Positions 1-11,391 of a stretch of 33,000 bases of DNA are shown piece after piece. The notes under the pieces were generated by a model. The model was not told the origin of the DNA and did no database searches. It saw nothing but the letters and a program-made list of their open reading frames with translations. Where the stretch lies: assembly GCA_965235115.1 (NCBI GenBank), contig OZ249451.1, positions 6,231,001-6,264,000 of the forward strand. The letters are read 5' to 3'. This DNA comes from Laetmonice hystrix (taxonomy: Eukaryota). Made by a program: the position numbers and the translations under genes. Position 1 is the stretch's first letter. Each line of letters begins with the position of its first letter.

Positions 1-603
1 AAAACGTCAGCTTCCGAAAAGAAAATCGCGCTCTTCTTAATCTGAGAGCCTCGTGGTAAAAGGTAAAAAGTTGACAGGTCATGATGATCTGTCGATGATA
101 GATAGTGACGGAGATAAGATGAAAAGGCCTGGATTATGGCGGTAACTGGCCATGTGTTGTGTTTCACCGGGGGGGGGGGGGATCGGATGCGTTGGCATGA
201 CATTTGTCGGCTCAAGCAGGGGCAGTCTCACCCATCCGAAAATTTGCCACCGCCCTTGTGACATAAATTCCGATGTTTTCCATCGGTTCATCAGAAATAA
301 ATCGCGAACGGCCTATATTGCGTATAAACTGATGTGACACGAATTCAGGGGCACTGCCAACTGGTGGACGTTTGAAGGTCATAGTGAAAACGGTCTGATG
401 TTTCAACGCCGGACGATTTATAGGTAGCTAGGACCGCTTCTCTTGTATAATGAATGGTTCATGTAAAGTTTAAAGTCCAGTTTAGGACAGTTTAGTCCTA
501 TGTGTTGATGTCATGTAATGGTAACAAAAAAGAAACTCCTTTGAAGTTCAGTTAGAAAGAAAAAATGGCGCCTGCCTTTGTCATATTAAAATTTAATGTG
601 CAG

Positions 604-765
604 GAAGAATCAGTAAAAAGGAAACGGCTAGCCCTGATTGTATGAAGAGTCGGTAAAAGGGAAACGGTTGACACTAATTGTATGAAGAGTCGGTAAATAG
701 GGAAACGGCTGGCCCTGATTGTATGAAAAGTCGGTAAAAAGGAAAACCGTTAACCCTGACTGCAT
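604..765. repeat. ~40-bp minisatellite, 4 diverged copies (40, 40, 41, 41 bp)
   Basis: Units start at 604, 644, 684 and 725. Approximate consensus GAAGAGTCGGTAAAA(A/G)GGAAACGG(C/T)TGGCCCTGATTGTAT, read directly from the sequence. Confidence 0.85.
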
Positions 766-3647
766 TCCGTGTAATGTAGAGTTGTGAAAATAGCAGATTT
801 ATTCATAAGATGTGTCGGTTGTCAATTATCAGAGTGCCACATACCTTCTCCTATGTCTGGATTATTGATGAATATATATACCGACACTCCATCGTCTGGA
901 TGTGGATTACCAGACTCGCTCTACTCAATGGATATCGAGCCTTCATTCATTGTATATAATGTCGGGAGGGGTTCGTTCTTGAGCGCCAGGAGACCGTGGT
1001 ATTGGAAAAGTTGAATGCGGTCTGCATGCATGGAGACAGCGCAGGAATAATTCTGTCATGACTATGTCACGAGACGGAGAAGGCGTCTCAAAATATAGGC
1101 ATAGATGATGAGGAAATCTAAAAATCTCTGGGTGATGTAACGGTTGGTGGTCGCGACGGTTCTAACAGATGAGGGTAGCGCGCCAACAATCGTTAAAACA
1201 AGTAGAATGGCGGGGGGGGGGGTCTTCTTAACATGGAATAATCCATTCAGATTAACTTGGGAGAACTATCACCAGACCGGGCTCTTCATTAAAGGTTTTT
1301 ACTGTCATCATTCCTTTGATGTTGTTTTTACGCAACCTGGAAATTCAAGTATCTAGTGGATTATGCGTTGATTAACAGTGGATTAATGAAGTAAGAGGAT
1401 ACGGTGTCCATGATAGGAATTAAGACGAACAAGGCGTCCACATGCTCACGAAGGACGCAAGCACCAAGCGTTGAAACTCAACAGTGTTTAGCAAGCGAGT
1501 AATTTTAACGTGGAGCATCAATTCTATAAGGCCAATGGAGAGATAAATTGATGCAATATAATGATGCAATACGTTTACAGGAGGTGGGAATTTGCCAGTT
1601 GCCATGCAATAACAATCTCATTTTAAGTCATATACTATCGAGGATGGTTCGTTTCTAGGATTCTAATTTAGAGAGACAGTCAAGAATGTCTGATGATATC
1701 ATCGTATCTTGCGGACACAAAGAAACATCGATTTATCCTTGTTCTGCGAGTGCCTTGAGGTATCATGAAAGCTCTGCCATTACTTAGAACCATCACCGAT
1801 CAGAGTATAGAACGGCCCTCTTTAGGCTCAGTTCTCTGTGTGGTAAAATAAAAAGAACTGAATCAGCTGTTAGAAGGTACATGTGCACGAACACAGAGAG
1901 AAAAAGGTGATCCTTTGGGAACTGAGCCCAGCGGAGGACCATTTTTTCACTTGCGGAGCCTGTCCCGTGCTGCATGAATGTATAGGCCTATATATATATA
2001 GGGGGGGGGTGGTGTCGCCCTCCCCTTTCCCCCACGGCCGGTCGCGGAGAGTCTGGGACGAGCACTGTCTCTGCCGGTTAAGTCTGGGCCGGCCAGGGAC
2101 AAAGGCACTTGCCGACTGCTCGAGGGTTATGGATTTAATGGAGAAAACAGACGGCAAGCATCTTCCGGATAACAAGATTTCCGCACATCCAAGGCGATCT
2201 ATCAAGGGTCTTTACTCTTTAACGTCCGCTCTTTTGCGAGGAAAGCGTTATATACATATCGTTATCGTTACATAGGGAACCAATTTCGCCTTTGATTTCG
2301 CTTAGATTTATATCCAAGAAATGTTTCAAAGAAGGCCTATCGAAGTTAGAGGGGTTCGGGTGTGAAGATTGGAAGGAACGGGCTGTTACAAGTTGTAATA
2401 GACAAAGTTCCAGCCCGTCAGAGAATTTACTCAATTAAAGCCGCCAGCCGCAATAATGAAAACATAGAACCGTCTCCCAAGACCCAGGTCATCAGTCATT
2501 CGGGCAATCCTCTGATGATTTCTCGGGTATTTATAGTTAATTCTAGACGACATATAACGCGCCGGATACTCATTAATAATGGTCAGTCTGGGTACTTTAT
2601 ATTATGTCAGTTGTAAGCAGACTTGGGGACGTTGAGGTTTAGGTTTGCATGGCGGAATGTCGTGTTGATGCAAGCGGTGGTCGTATAGCGGATGGGGAGG
2701 TCCATGATCCTGTTGTGGTGTAGGTTTGACATATTGGACGTTGTGATGGGACGTTTTGTGTCAGCTTGGACGCGACATGGGATGGGTCCCGCACTGGAGT
2801 GGATGTATATACTTCCTCAACGGTTTCACCGTGGAGGTTGGCACGCTTCCAGCGCGACGTACCAACCAAAAAGATGGATAGGGTGCGTCATGACTACAGC
2901 CCCACACAACTTCCCTCTTCAAGTGGGTCGACCATGGTTTGATGGGCAAACATGAATACGTAGGGAGATCGGCGTCAGATGACAACGTCAGGCTCAGACC
3001 CTCCTGTCAGTGGCTCGCAAGCTTTAGCGACCTGTGCTTCCGAGGTTTTGTGGAGCATATCGCTGAACGGTGACAGGTCGACAACGATCAATCCATTCAC
3101 TGTTTGCACAATAATTTATCTTTACCTGGATCAGAAGCGAAAGACACTGGATCAAGGAGCGTAAATCCTTGTTAGGAAGTTCTTGACAGTCATTTAAAAC
3201 TATGTAGCTGTTGTGACAGTGGCACTTTTTACATGGTTGTCCCGCTTGTCGGAGGAGGGAGGGGGTGCATGTGCTCTGCGTTCTTCTAATCTGAATAGTA
3301 TGGGCATCCAAGGCACATCTCTTATGACATTAACAAGTGGTGTTTGCCAAAATAGGGGTTGTCCCAAATTATACCACGTTTTGGATAATTAATTTTCTCT
3401 TTTCTGTTGAGACACTCAATAAATCTCCATGTAGGCATAGGCTGGCTCGCTTTAAAGGTAGTGTCTGTATCCCTCTTTATGTCAGATGTGTTTTGGGTCA
3501 CCCCTTAAACCTCGGTGTAGGCGGTGTAGGCAATAGTGTCTGGAGGATTTCCAGCATGATTATAAAGTTTATTTCTGGCAGCTATTAGTGTAGAAAAGAG
3601 AAGTAAGTGTGGGTCCGGACTGGACAGCAGGGTCCTCGGAAGGAGAA

Positions 3648-3668
3648 GGAGGAGGAGGAGGAGGAGGA
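3648..3668. repeat. (GGA)7 microsatellite
   Basis: Seven perfect GGA units. Confidence 0.9.
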
Positions 3669-4449
3669 ACCAATAAAGTGACGGCTTGCAACAACAAGAT
3701 TACCCTACCCCAGAGCGAGGCTGTCCCACCGAGCGCCACGTGGCGGCCAGTCGGGACATTAGACGCCGGGTGCCAATAGAGGGCGCTTCTCGTCAGGCCC
3801 GGCCCAGACAAATGAAGCCCGACGCTTGCCGCACACTCGAGGTGCCACCTTTGGCCCTCCCGCGGCCCCCCAAGCTTTCCGGGGCCAATGGCCCACGTGG
3901 CCCTCATTATAGCAACACATGGCACAAACTTGGAGACAACTACTGCCACATTGGGGCGCCTTCCCCCACCATGTGGCCCTACGTCGTTGGCCATCACCAT
4001 GGCAACCTAATGTTCTGCTTACAGGCCGACGGAAAACGTAAGGTGTAATCGAAAAATATTTTTTTCTCCAAATTTGTATTTATGTTTTGATAAATAGAAA
4101 AGGCCCCCAATCAAATAGGTCTCTGCTTCAAGTAGACACTTGATCACTGTCACAGTAGTTCAGTCTTGACGGTCTCGACTTTTTCAATCTAGTGCCCTGG
4201 TCAGTATCAAGACTATTACTATCACAGTAGATCAAGGTTCTATAGAGTACATCACAGTAATTCACTGGCAAGGTAGGTTCTACTTTCTATGAGAGAGAAG
4301 ATCTTAAAGTAGAGACTCCCCCATAGCAGATGCCAAGATATAGTTCCTCCTGTGAAGGACTGTGGACATGTTCAGGGAGCTGATCAAGCACTCCAAACCC
4401 TATAAGAAACATTTTTTGGTAGTTCCAAGTGCTAACACCAGTCGTCATA

Positions 4450-4525
4450 CATGTGTGAGGTTATCATTTTACATACACCGGCACTCACATGTGTGAGGTC
4501 ATAATTTATGTTCACACCGGGCCAC
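4450..4525. repeat. Diverged 38-bp tandem duplication (2 copies)
   Basis: CATGTGTGAGGT..A..TT..A....CACCGG at 4450 and at 4488. Confidence 0.6.
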
Positions 4526-5488
4526 ACAAGCCGGTGACCCGCACCAGACCAACCCCGCCCAGCCAGGTCGGCACACATGGCATGATGCCGCGCAGTCTGA
4601 GACTCCAGTTATGTGGGGGCCATGTTTCCCTATACATTATTGTCAGAAACATTTTTGTCATGTTCGCCAAGACAAACATGCGTTGTTCTCCGGGGCCTGG
4701 CGGCCGGTGGTGTGACATCTGTACCGAATCAAAAACAGTTGGGTTCATGTGCACAGTTTATTGAAGCATTAGTTTGTGCTCTGCTCCCGCAGAAAGAATA
4801 TCTTCTTCCTGAATCCGGAATTTTACAGTCAGAACTTCATGTGGCATCAAGGCAGATATAATTAAGTTGAATCTAAAGGGAACAAGCTCAAGAATTAACC
4901 AATAGCTTGGACATACGCAAAGATTTGATAGTATCACAGGCCCACTAGTCGTGCAAGAATCTCGTGCCCAGGCGCGCAACCCTTTTTACAAGGTTTAAAA
5001 CACATTCACCAAACACGCAAGGTTCAGCCAAACGATGAGAGCAAAAACAAGCAAGGTTCTGCCCCAGAATACAGAGAAGTCTTATGGTATGCCCTAAAAT
5101 ACGGTTTCCCTAAAGGCACTTTTTTCGACTGAAGCCACTCTAGGCTCAGAATGCTAAAATAAGCTGGACTAGTTCCCCTGGGATAAAATTTCTTTGGTGC
5201 TTATAAAAGTAGTGGCCCCCAGTTAACTAAAATCATTAATAATTGATTTTTGGGGTGCGAGGACACATGCGGTGGATTTCAGCATCGGTAATAGCGGGTT
5301 GACTGGAACATCATCTTTGAATATCAAAATGACGAGACAACTTACTGAGTAAGTTAGTAAGATTGAACAATTAACATTTGATTATCCTTGATTGATTTAA
5401 AATTTCTTAATTTAAGCAAAAACAATAGCATATAAGTAGCCTAAATGTGAGGCTGAAGTTGTAGAGAGTCCTTAGGTTGGATTCCGCT

Positions 5489-5755
5489 GGGATGGAGAGC
5501 CAGCTTTCCTGCCGGCGGGTCTCAGACCGGAGGACGGGACGGAGAGCCATCGGTCCTGCCGGGATAGATAGCCATGTCCCCCCGGGATGGAGAGCCAGGT
5601 CCCGCCGGGACAGAGAGTCAGCTCCGGGTCTGAGACCGGAGGACGGGACAGAGAGACACCGGTCCTGCCGGGATAGATAGCCATGTCCCCCCGGGATGGA
5701 GAGCCAGGTCCCGCCGGGACAGAGAGTCAGCTCCGGGTCTGAGACCGGAGGACGG
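5489..5755. repeat. GC-rich 109-bp higher-order tandem repeat (~2.5 copies) built from five 19-25 bp related monomers
   Basis: GGGATGGAGAGCCAG recurs at 5489, 5584 and 5693. Copy 5693-5755 matches the start of copy 5584-5692. The first copy is 95 bp and diverged. Confidence 0.9.
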
Positions 5756-8450
5756 TTACCGATGTACCTATGGGGACCCCCTGTGATCCACTAGTCACCC
5801 ACCGCATCAGTGGTCTATTTATGAGCAAGGATAAACAAGGTATCTGCCAGGATGGACTTGGCCACACTTGGCATTAATCCGCAGAACATGTGATGGATTA
5901 GAGGGATTCCGGGTTGGATTTGTGACCTTGGTGAAGGTCATACGAAGGGATTAGGGCGTGCGGGCAGGTGCGCCGGCCTCGAGGGGTGATATATTGAAGG
6001 CCTTACTTTTCACAGGTTTCTCCAGAGAAAGGACTTGATTACCTTGGCAGGTATCAGTAGACTATAATGAATATTTAAGAGTGTAATGCCTTAGGATTTC
6101 TCCACTTGTAGCAGAGAAAGCGGGGTGATGAATGTAAGAAGGTTAACAAGATTCACCTCACAAACGTCAGACGTTATTCAATCCCGCACTCGAAGGATAC
6201 AATTCTCATGGCTCGATAAAACAGCGACAGTCGGGTAAACATGTAGGCGGTAAAAAGGATCATAGTAACCGAGCCAACCCGCAATAAATATTGTATACAA
6301 TCTACAGGGTAACTATAAACGTCCTGAAGACGATTCCGAGTACTGAACAGGCTTCAACATTATTTCGAGATTTTACGTCATGCCAAAACTTTCTGTAACA
6401 GGACTTACATTAGCCAACAAAACGGGATCAATTCCTGAAATGCGAAAATGTTTATATGGAAATCGTTATTATGCTATTGTAAATTGATAACGAATGAAGA
6501 TTTAGGAGAGAAAGGGGCTAGCAATTATTATTATATTGTAGGGTATGAAATCAGTTCCAGAATACATGTATATCATAAACAAGGATAAAATCAGGTACAT
6601 GCACTTCGTTTTAGTATTATGAACTTCTAAGTAAAAATGATTTCGCAAATAAGAGAAATTTAATCCCCAAGTTGCTACGGGGTACCATATTATTTTTATG
6701 CAGATGTAATTGATAATTATAACCAGGGAGAGAATAATAGCCTTTAGAGAATTGAGCATTTTAGTTAAGTAATTGATTTATAATGTAACATGGCATGACT
6801 GATGCTAGACTGACACATCAGTGTAGATTGTGCAAGTGACAAAAACCTCTCGGCTCTTGAAGTACTCGCCAGGCCGGTAATGATGTTAGATATAATTCTC
6901 ATCGTCATCTGTGTGTACACAGCAGCGGTGGTTACTATAGGCTCCAAGTGTTGTCTTGTAATCGCACCCAGTCTCTGCGGGATCAAGTTTAACACTTTAA
7001 GTGTCACTTGCGTCATCCCCGAGTAACTGTTCTTTTAGTGGTGATGATCATACCGAGGTAGCCTGACACGTGACCTATCATAGCGCCCCCTTACGGATAT
7101 GTGCGGTAGTGTGACTACATTGGAACCCGCCACTATTTCAATCGCCGTTAGCACACAAAAGAGGCATGAAAAATCATCTTAGTTTTTTGTTGTTGCCTGG
7201 TGGTATAGATTGGTACAAATGCTATGTCTGTGATGAGTTGACCTTCTCGGAATAGAAGGAGGGGGAATTGGACTGCCTTTGAGAGTGTTCAGCGTTTGAC
7301 TGACTGGATTGGTGAACTTGGAATGGGACTTGCTACTTGGTATGGGAGGTAAAAAACAGCGGGAACTTTTTAAACACTGGACCCCGACATCATTCGTAAT
7401 CTACGTGAAACCCTCGACTTGGAAAGGGTCAAGGTCTGGGTCGGCTTCATCAGAGAGGTTTCAAGTGCATTCGGAACAGTTTGCCTTGCTAGATCTTGAT
7501 TGAATTTCTGCACAGTTGTTTCCCTGGATGTAGATCCTGCCAATAATTGGAGGAAGTCTTGGAGGAAGTCTGCAAGAACGGTAGAACTAGAGCCTGCTAT
7601 ATAAATGTCGCATCTGTAAATATCTGTACCGTTCTGGGGGGGGGACGTCATGGAGAAGTATTTTGTTAAGTTTGTAAGAGGTTAGGATTTCTCTCCGATG
7701 TAAGATCCGGGTGGGGCTTTAGCTGGAACGTGCAGATTAAGTGGAGATTGGGGGATTAGTTGGAAGAGATTAGGAGGAGATTAAGGTGAAGGCATTCGTC
7801 ATGATCCATAGGGGTCGCAATGTTTCTGTCCTTCTCATTGTATATATCTTGTTCTGTGTGATCCTCACTAGCTGTCTGTTATGTGTCTTACCTCTTCGCA
7901 CCATCTCCTCCCCTCCTCAAGGCAAGGCTATTGAAACCACAGCTTTGTCCGTCCATCCCTCCCTTTGTTTCTTCATGTAAACGAATGATGGCAACAGTTT
8001 CAGTTCACCAAGGCCAGTGATTGCTGTCATGGCTTGGCTGTCCGCCATACATTGCACATTTATCACACAGCTAGCTTTATCCAATCATTTTGATACAAAC
8101 CGGTGAAAATAGTTCTCTTTATTGTCACAGTCGATTTCCCTGTAGTTTCTACACGCAGACACATGACCTTTACGGCCATAAAATATTTAATTAATTAAGT
8201 TGTCTGTGGTCGAAGGCTTCAGTAACAAAGTTCAAATCTCTAGTGGATCATAATGTTTTTTGTTAGTTCGTGAGTGGAGTCCAGAAGATGACGTATCACT
8301 GATCATACGTCCGTGTGTCATGTTTAGTATTACTAAAAATGTTTCTGTACTCTTTCTGTTCTAGGTGAGTGTGTGTGTAGGGGTGACAGTCAAATGTTGA
8401 TGTGGGACGCTGATAGAAGCACAGGTAGGATGAACTATGTACCTGGGAGG

Positions 8451-8472
8451 AGAGAGAGATAGAGAGAGAGAG
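8451..8472. repeat. Interrupted (AG)n microsatellite
   Basis: AGAGAGAGATAGAGAGAGAGAG. Confidence 0.8.
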
Positions 8473-11343
8473 TCTCAGGATGACACATCTCACATCCTTG
8501 GGGCCGTGAGTGGAGGTGAGGCACGCTAGTGCCCGATGTATGTATATTTAAGTTGGCTGTTTGGTAAGGAAACTCTATAGCAGCCCCCCCCCGACCTCCC
8601 AACAACCCCCCCCCCCCCAAAAAAAAAAAACACAATAAAAATAACCCTAGGAACTAGCGAGGACCCCCTGAGGCTCGCCAACCCGGCAAAACCCAGAAAT
8701 CTAAAAAAACAACTCGCATCCTTAATGATTAATAATGGGACCGTGAGGCTGAAGTAATTTAAAAATGACAAACGTCAATGCCAATGGCGGCGATTTATAA
8801 AAGCAGGCATTTAAAAGTAGTTATAGATTAGTGCTTAACATGGCAAAGAGATATATTTTATTTCGCGCCGCTTTTGTAACTTTTGTCATTGCAGTTAAAA
8901 AGCTTCAGTCCCAATACTAGAGCCAGAACGACTATTCCCGGTTGGTTTGGGAGGTGGGCTGGTGAGATATAATGTTGAGTGTAGAAAAACGTGGAGAATT
9001 GGGAGATTGTAGGAGGAGTGGCTTGATGTGGTTAATGATAGAGGATGGGGCCTCATGTCCAGCTCCTTCCTGGTCAATGTTTGCCCCAGTCAATGTTTCC
9101 TGTAACTATGACCACCTCAGAACTCACCACAAAAATATCTATCCTGACATGGAGTATACATAGGCAGAACAAAAACGGTCCAGTGTTGTTGGGGCAGAAC
9201 TGGGAGGCTATGATAGCTGGCGTTCCTGGCCCGTTTAATTCCAACTGGATGTGTTCGTGAACTCAGAGAGCTCTGAGATAGAGACCCACAGTGCTGGGCG
9301 ATGTAAAAAGTTATCTCCCGTGGTGGGGAAGTCCTCCGCTCAACAGTCGGCGTTTGTTTGCTTCAAATGGCTGCAAAATGAACGGGAGAGATAGGAGAGG
9401 CAGGATGCTGGGCAGACCGGGATGGGTCGGTGTTATCATAATGGAAGGATTTGTTGGTTTATACGTCCAAAGTATGGACAAGCTTTCGCCAATATGTGCG
9501 GAAAGTCCTGAAGTCATTTTGTAATCTTGGACCAAAAGCTAGAACGTCCTTGGCAAGTAATCCATGTGGACGTCGGGGCTTGGAATGAACCGAGGGCAGA
9601 GAACAAAGTGGGCCCACTGGCTTGGAAGTAGTGCCGACAGAGCTCCCATACTATATGAGACACACGTATAGGGAAGCTGTATACCTCTCACAAACCAACT
9701 GCAAAGTTTGGAACCTGAAAAGGCTGACACTCTCGTTTAAACACCCATCACAGATGTCATAAGTTACGACGTTTTTATCAATCAGAATGATGCCGAGTTT
9801 ATTTTAAGTCAAGGAACGTAATTGATTGTGTCTTCTATAGTAATGTGAATAGTAATTATATCTAAGTTAATTGTCAGAAGTATAATTACGTGTTGGTAGG
9901 CTTGACGAGCAGTGACATATGATAGATGCCATGAGATGTCTAAATGAATGGCGGGGTAACTGTAACCCTATAGGTCGCTCACAGACTCTCTACACCACTC
10001 CACACAATCCTATAATGGTACAATTGGATGCACACCACTGGATAACCGACACTGGATAATATCCCCTTCTTCCTGATAAAAACCTCCACTGACAACACAT
10101 CCATTAATTATATCCATTATATGTTGACTGACCTTATGAGGGTAGGAAAAACTTTGACGGATGCGTGCTAGGTTATCCTATTCGTAGCCGTCTCGTTTGA
10201 AAGTGCTGCCATTAAACGTTGCGAAGTTACCGTTGGCATATATCACTTGGTGGAATCACATCTCAGCCCAGACAGCTGACGTTACGCAGCACTCCGCCCG
10301 GTGTCCCGCTAGATAATTCCCCCCTCGCGTACCCCGCTATATCACCCCCTGCTTGACGGCCGCGACAGATATCACCAGTAGTTGGCCAAAATCAATACCT
10401 GCCCAGCAAGAAATTACACCCCGTTAGCCACATGGCCTGGTCTAGTTTAGATTGCACGAGTTTGCATCGAGCGGTTGTAGTAAGGGCCAAAAAATCTCCA
10501 CACCCAAAATCCCGTTGAAAGAGGACAAGCCAGACTCTGGTCAAATTTGTCCGCAAATGTTTTCGCCCCTGAGAAGTGGTCATTTCAGACGCATGAAGAT
10601 AGCAAAGCATGGCTCAGTGTCATCGTCAATGAGTCCATTAACAGTGGCTGTGTTGAAAGCCTATCAGGCGTCCCCATATCTCCTATAATGGCGGTGTTTT
10701 AATGAAGCCTCATCCATGCTCGCCGATGGGGCTTTCCGCTTTTTATCTTCCTACACCTTCCCCGTGGCCTGCTGATTGAAAGTATGTTTTAAAAAGTTTT
10801 TTTGCCCATCCATCCTGAATGGATTGGTAAATTAATCACTTTTTTGCCCTTCAAGGATTTATTGATTTGTATCATTATACACTATGAGTGATGCTGTAAT
10901 TCGGTGTATCGGTCATTGGTTCATACAAGACCAAAGCCAACATTTGCCCGTAAAAGCAGAGTTGAAATAGATATGAAAACTTATAGAGATGGTGAGGACT
11001 TCTGGATCTAAACAGATATTATGATTTTGTGAGTTAGGTTTAACGTGAAGTAATGCACATTATAATATGTTAGTGAGACATGGGCACATTTGGTAAGTTT
11101 CGAAATATTCATGAAGAAATGATCTAGGGTATAAAATGACCATGCACACTTTTAAATAGTTGGTGTAGTACTGTAAGCTGGACTTGCTACTTCTGACTAT
11201 GAACTGAAATATTATAGACGTATCCGGATGTGTTAAAGATAGTAACTGCGATTTGAACATACCTGTTAGATACGACCTTATGTTTCCTAGGGGGCGAAAT
11301 TGTCAAATTCACCAACTCCAGATTTTAAGTGGATAAATCACTC

Positions 11344-11391
11344 ATAACCGGAACAGGACTTCCGGATAACCGGAACAGGACTTCCGGTTAT
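11344..11391. repeat. 22-bp tandem duplication of a self-complementary unit; probable internal part of a non-autonomous DNA element
   Basis: ATAACCGGAACAGGACTTCCGG x2 followed by TTAT. Each unit contains CCGGAA/TTCCGG, and the block ends form a perfect 10-bp inverted repeat (ATAACCGGAA/TTCCGGTTAT). Confidence 0.8.

Noticed and set aside
1883-2275. 130-aa plus-strand ORF
   Set aside because: It crosses (TA)n and poly-G tracts and shows no recognisable family motif.
5757-5805. Minus-strand WVTSGSQGVPIGTS resembling the RT VTSGVPQGS motif
   Set aside because: The motif is interrupted, flanked by stops, and lacks other RT motifs nearby.
6017-6051. 35-nt candidate micro-exon between TTTTCACAG and GTATCAGT
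   Set aside because: The splice-like signals are plausible but common. No recognisable peptide or partner exons support it.
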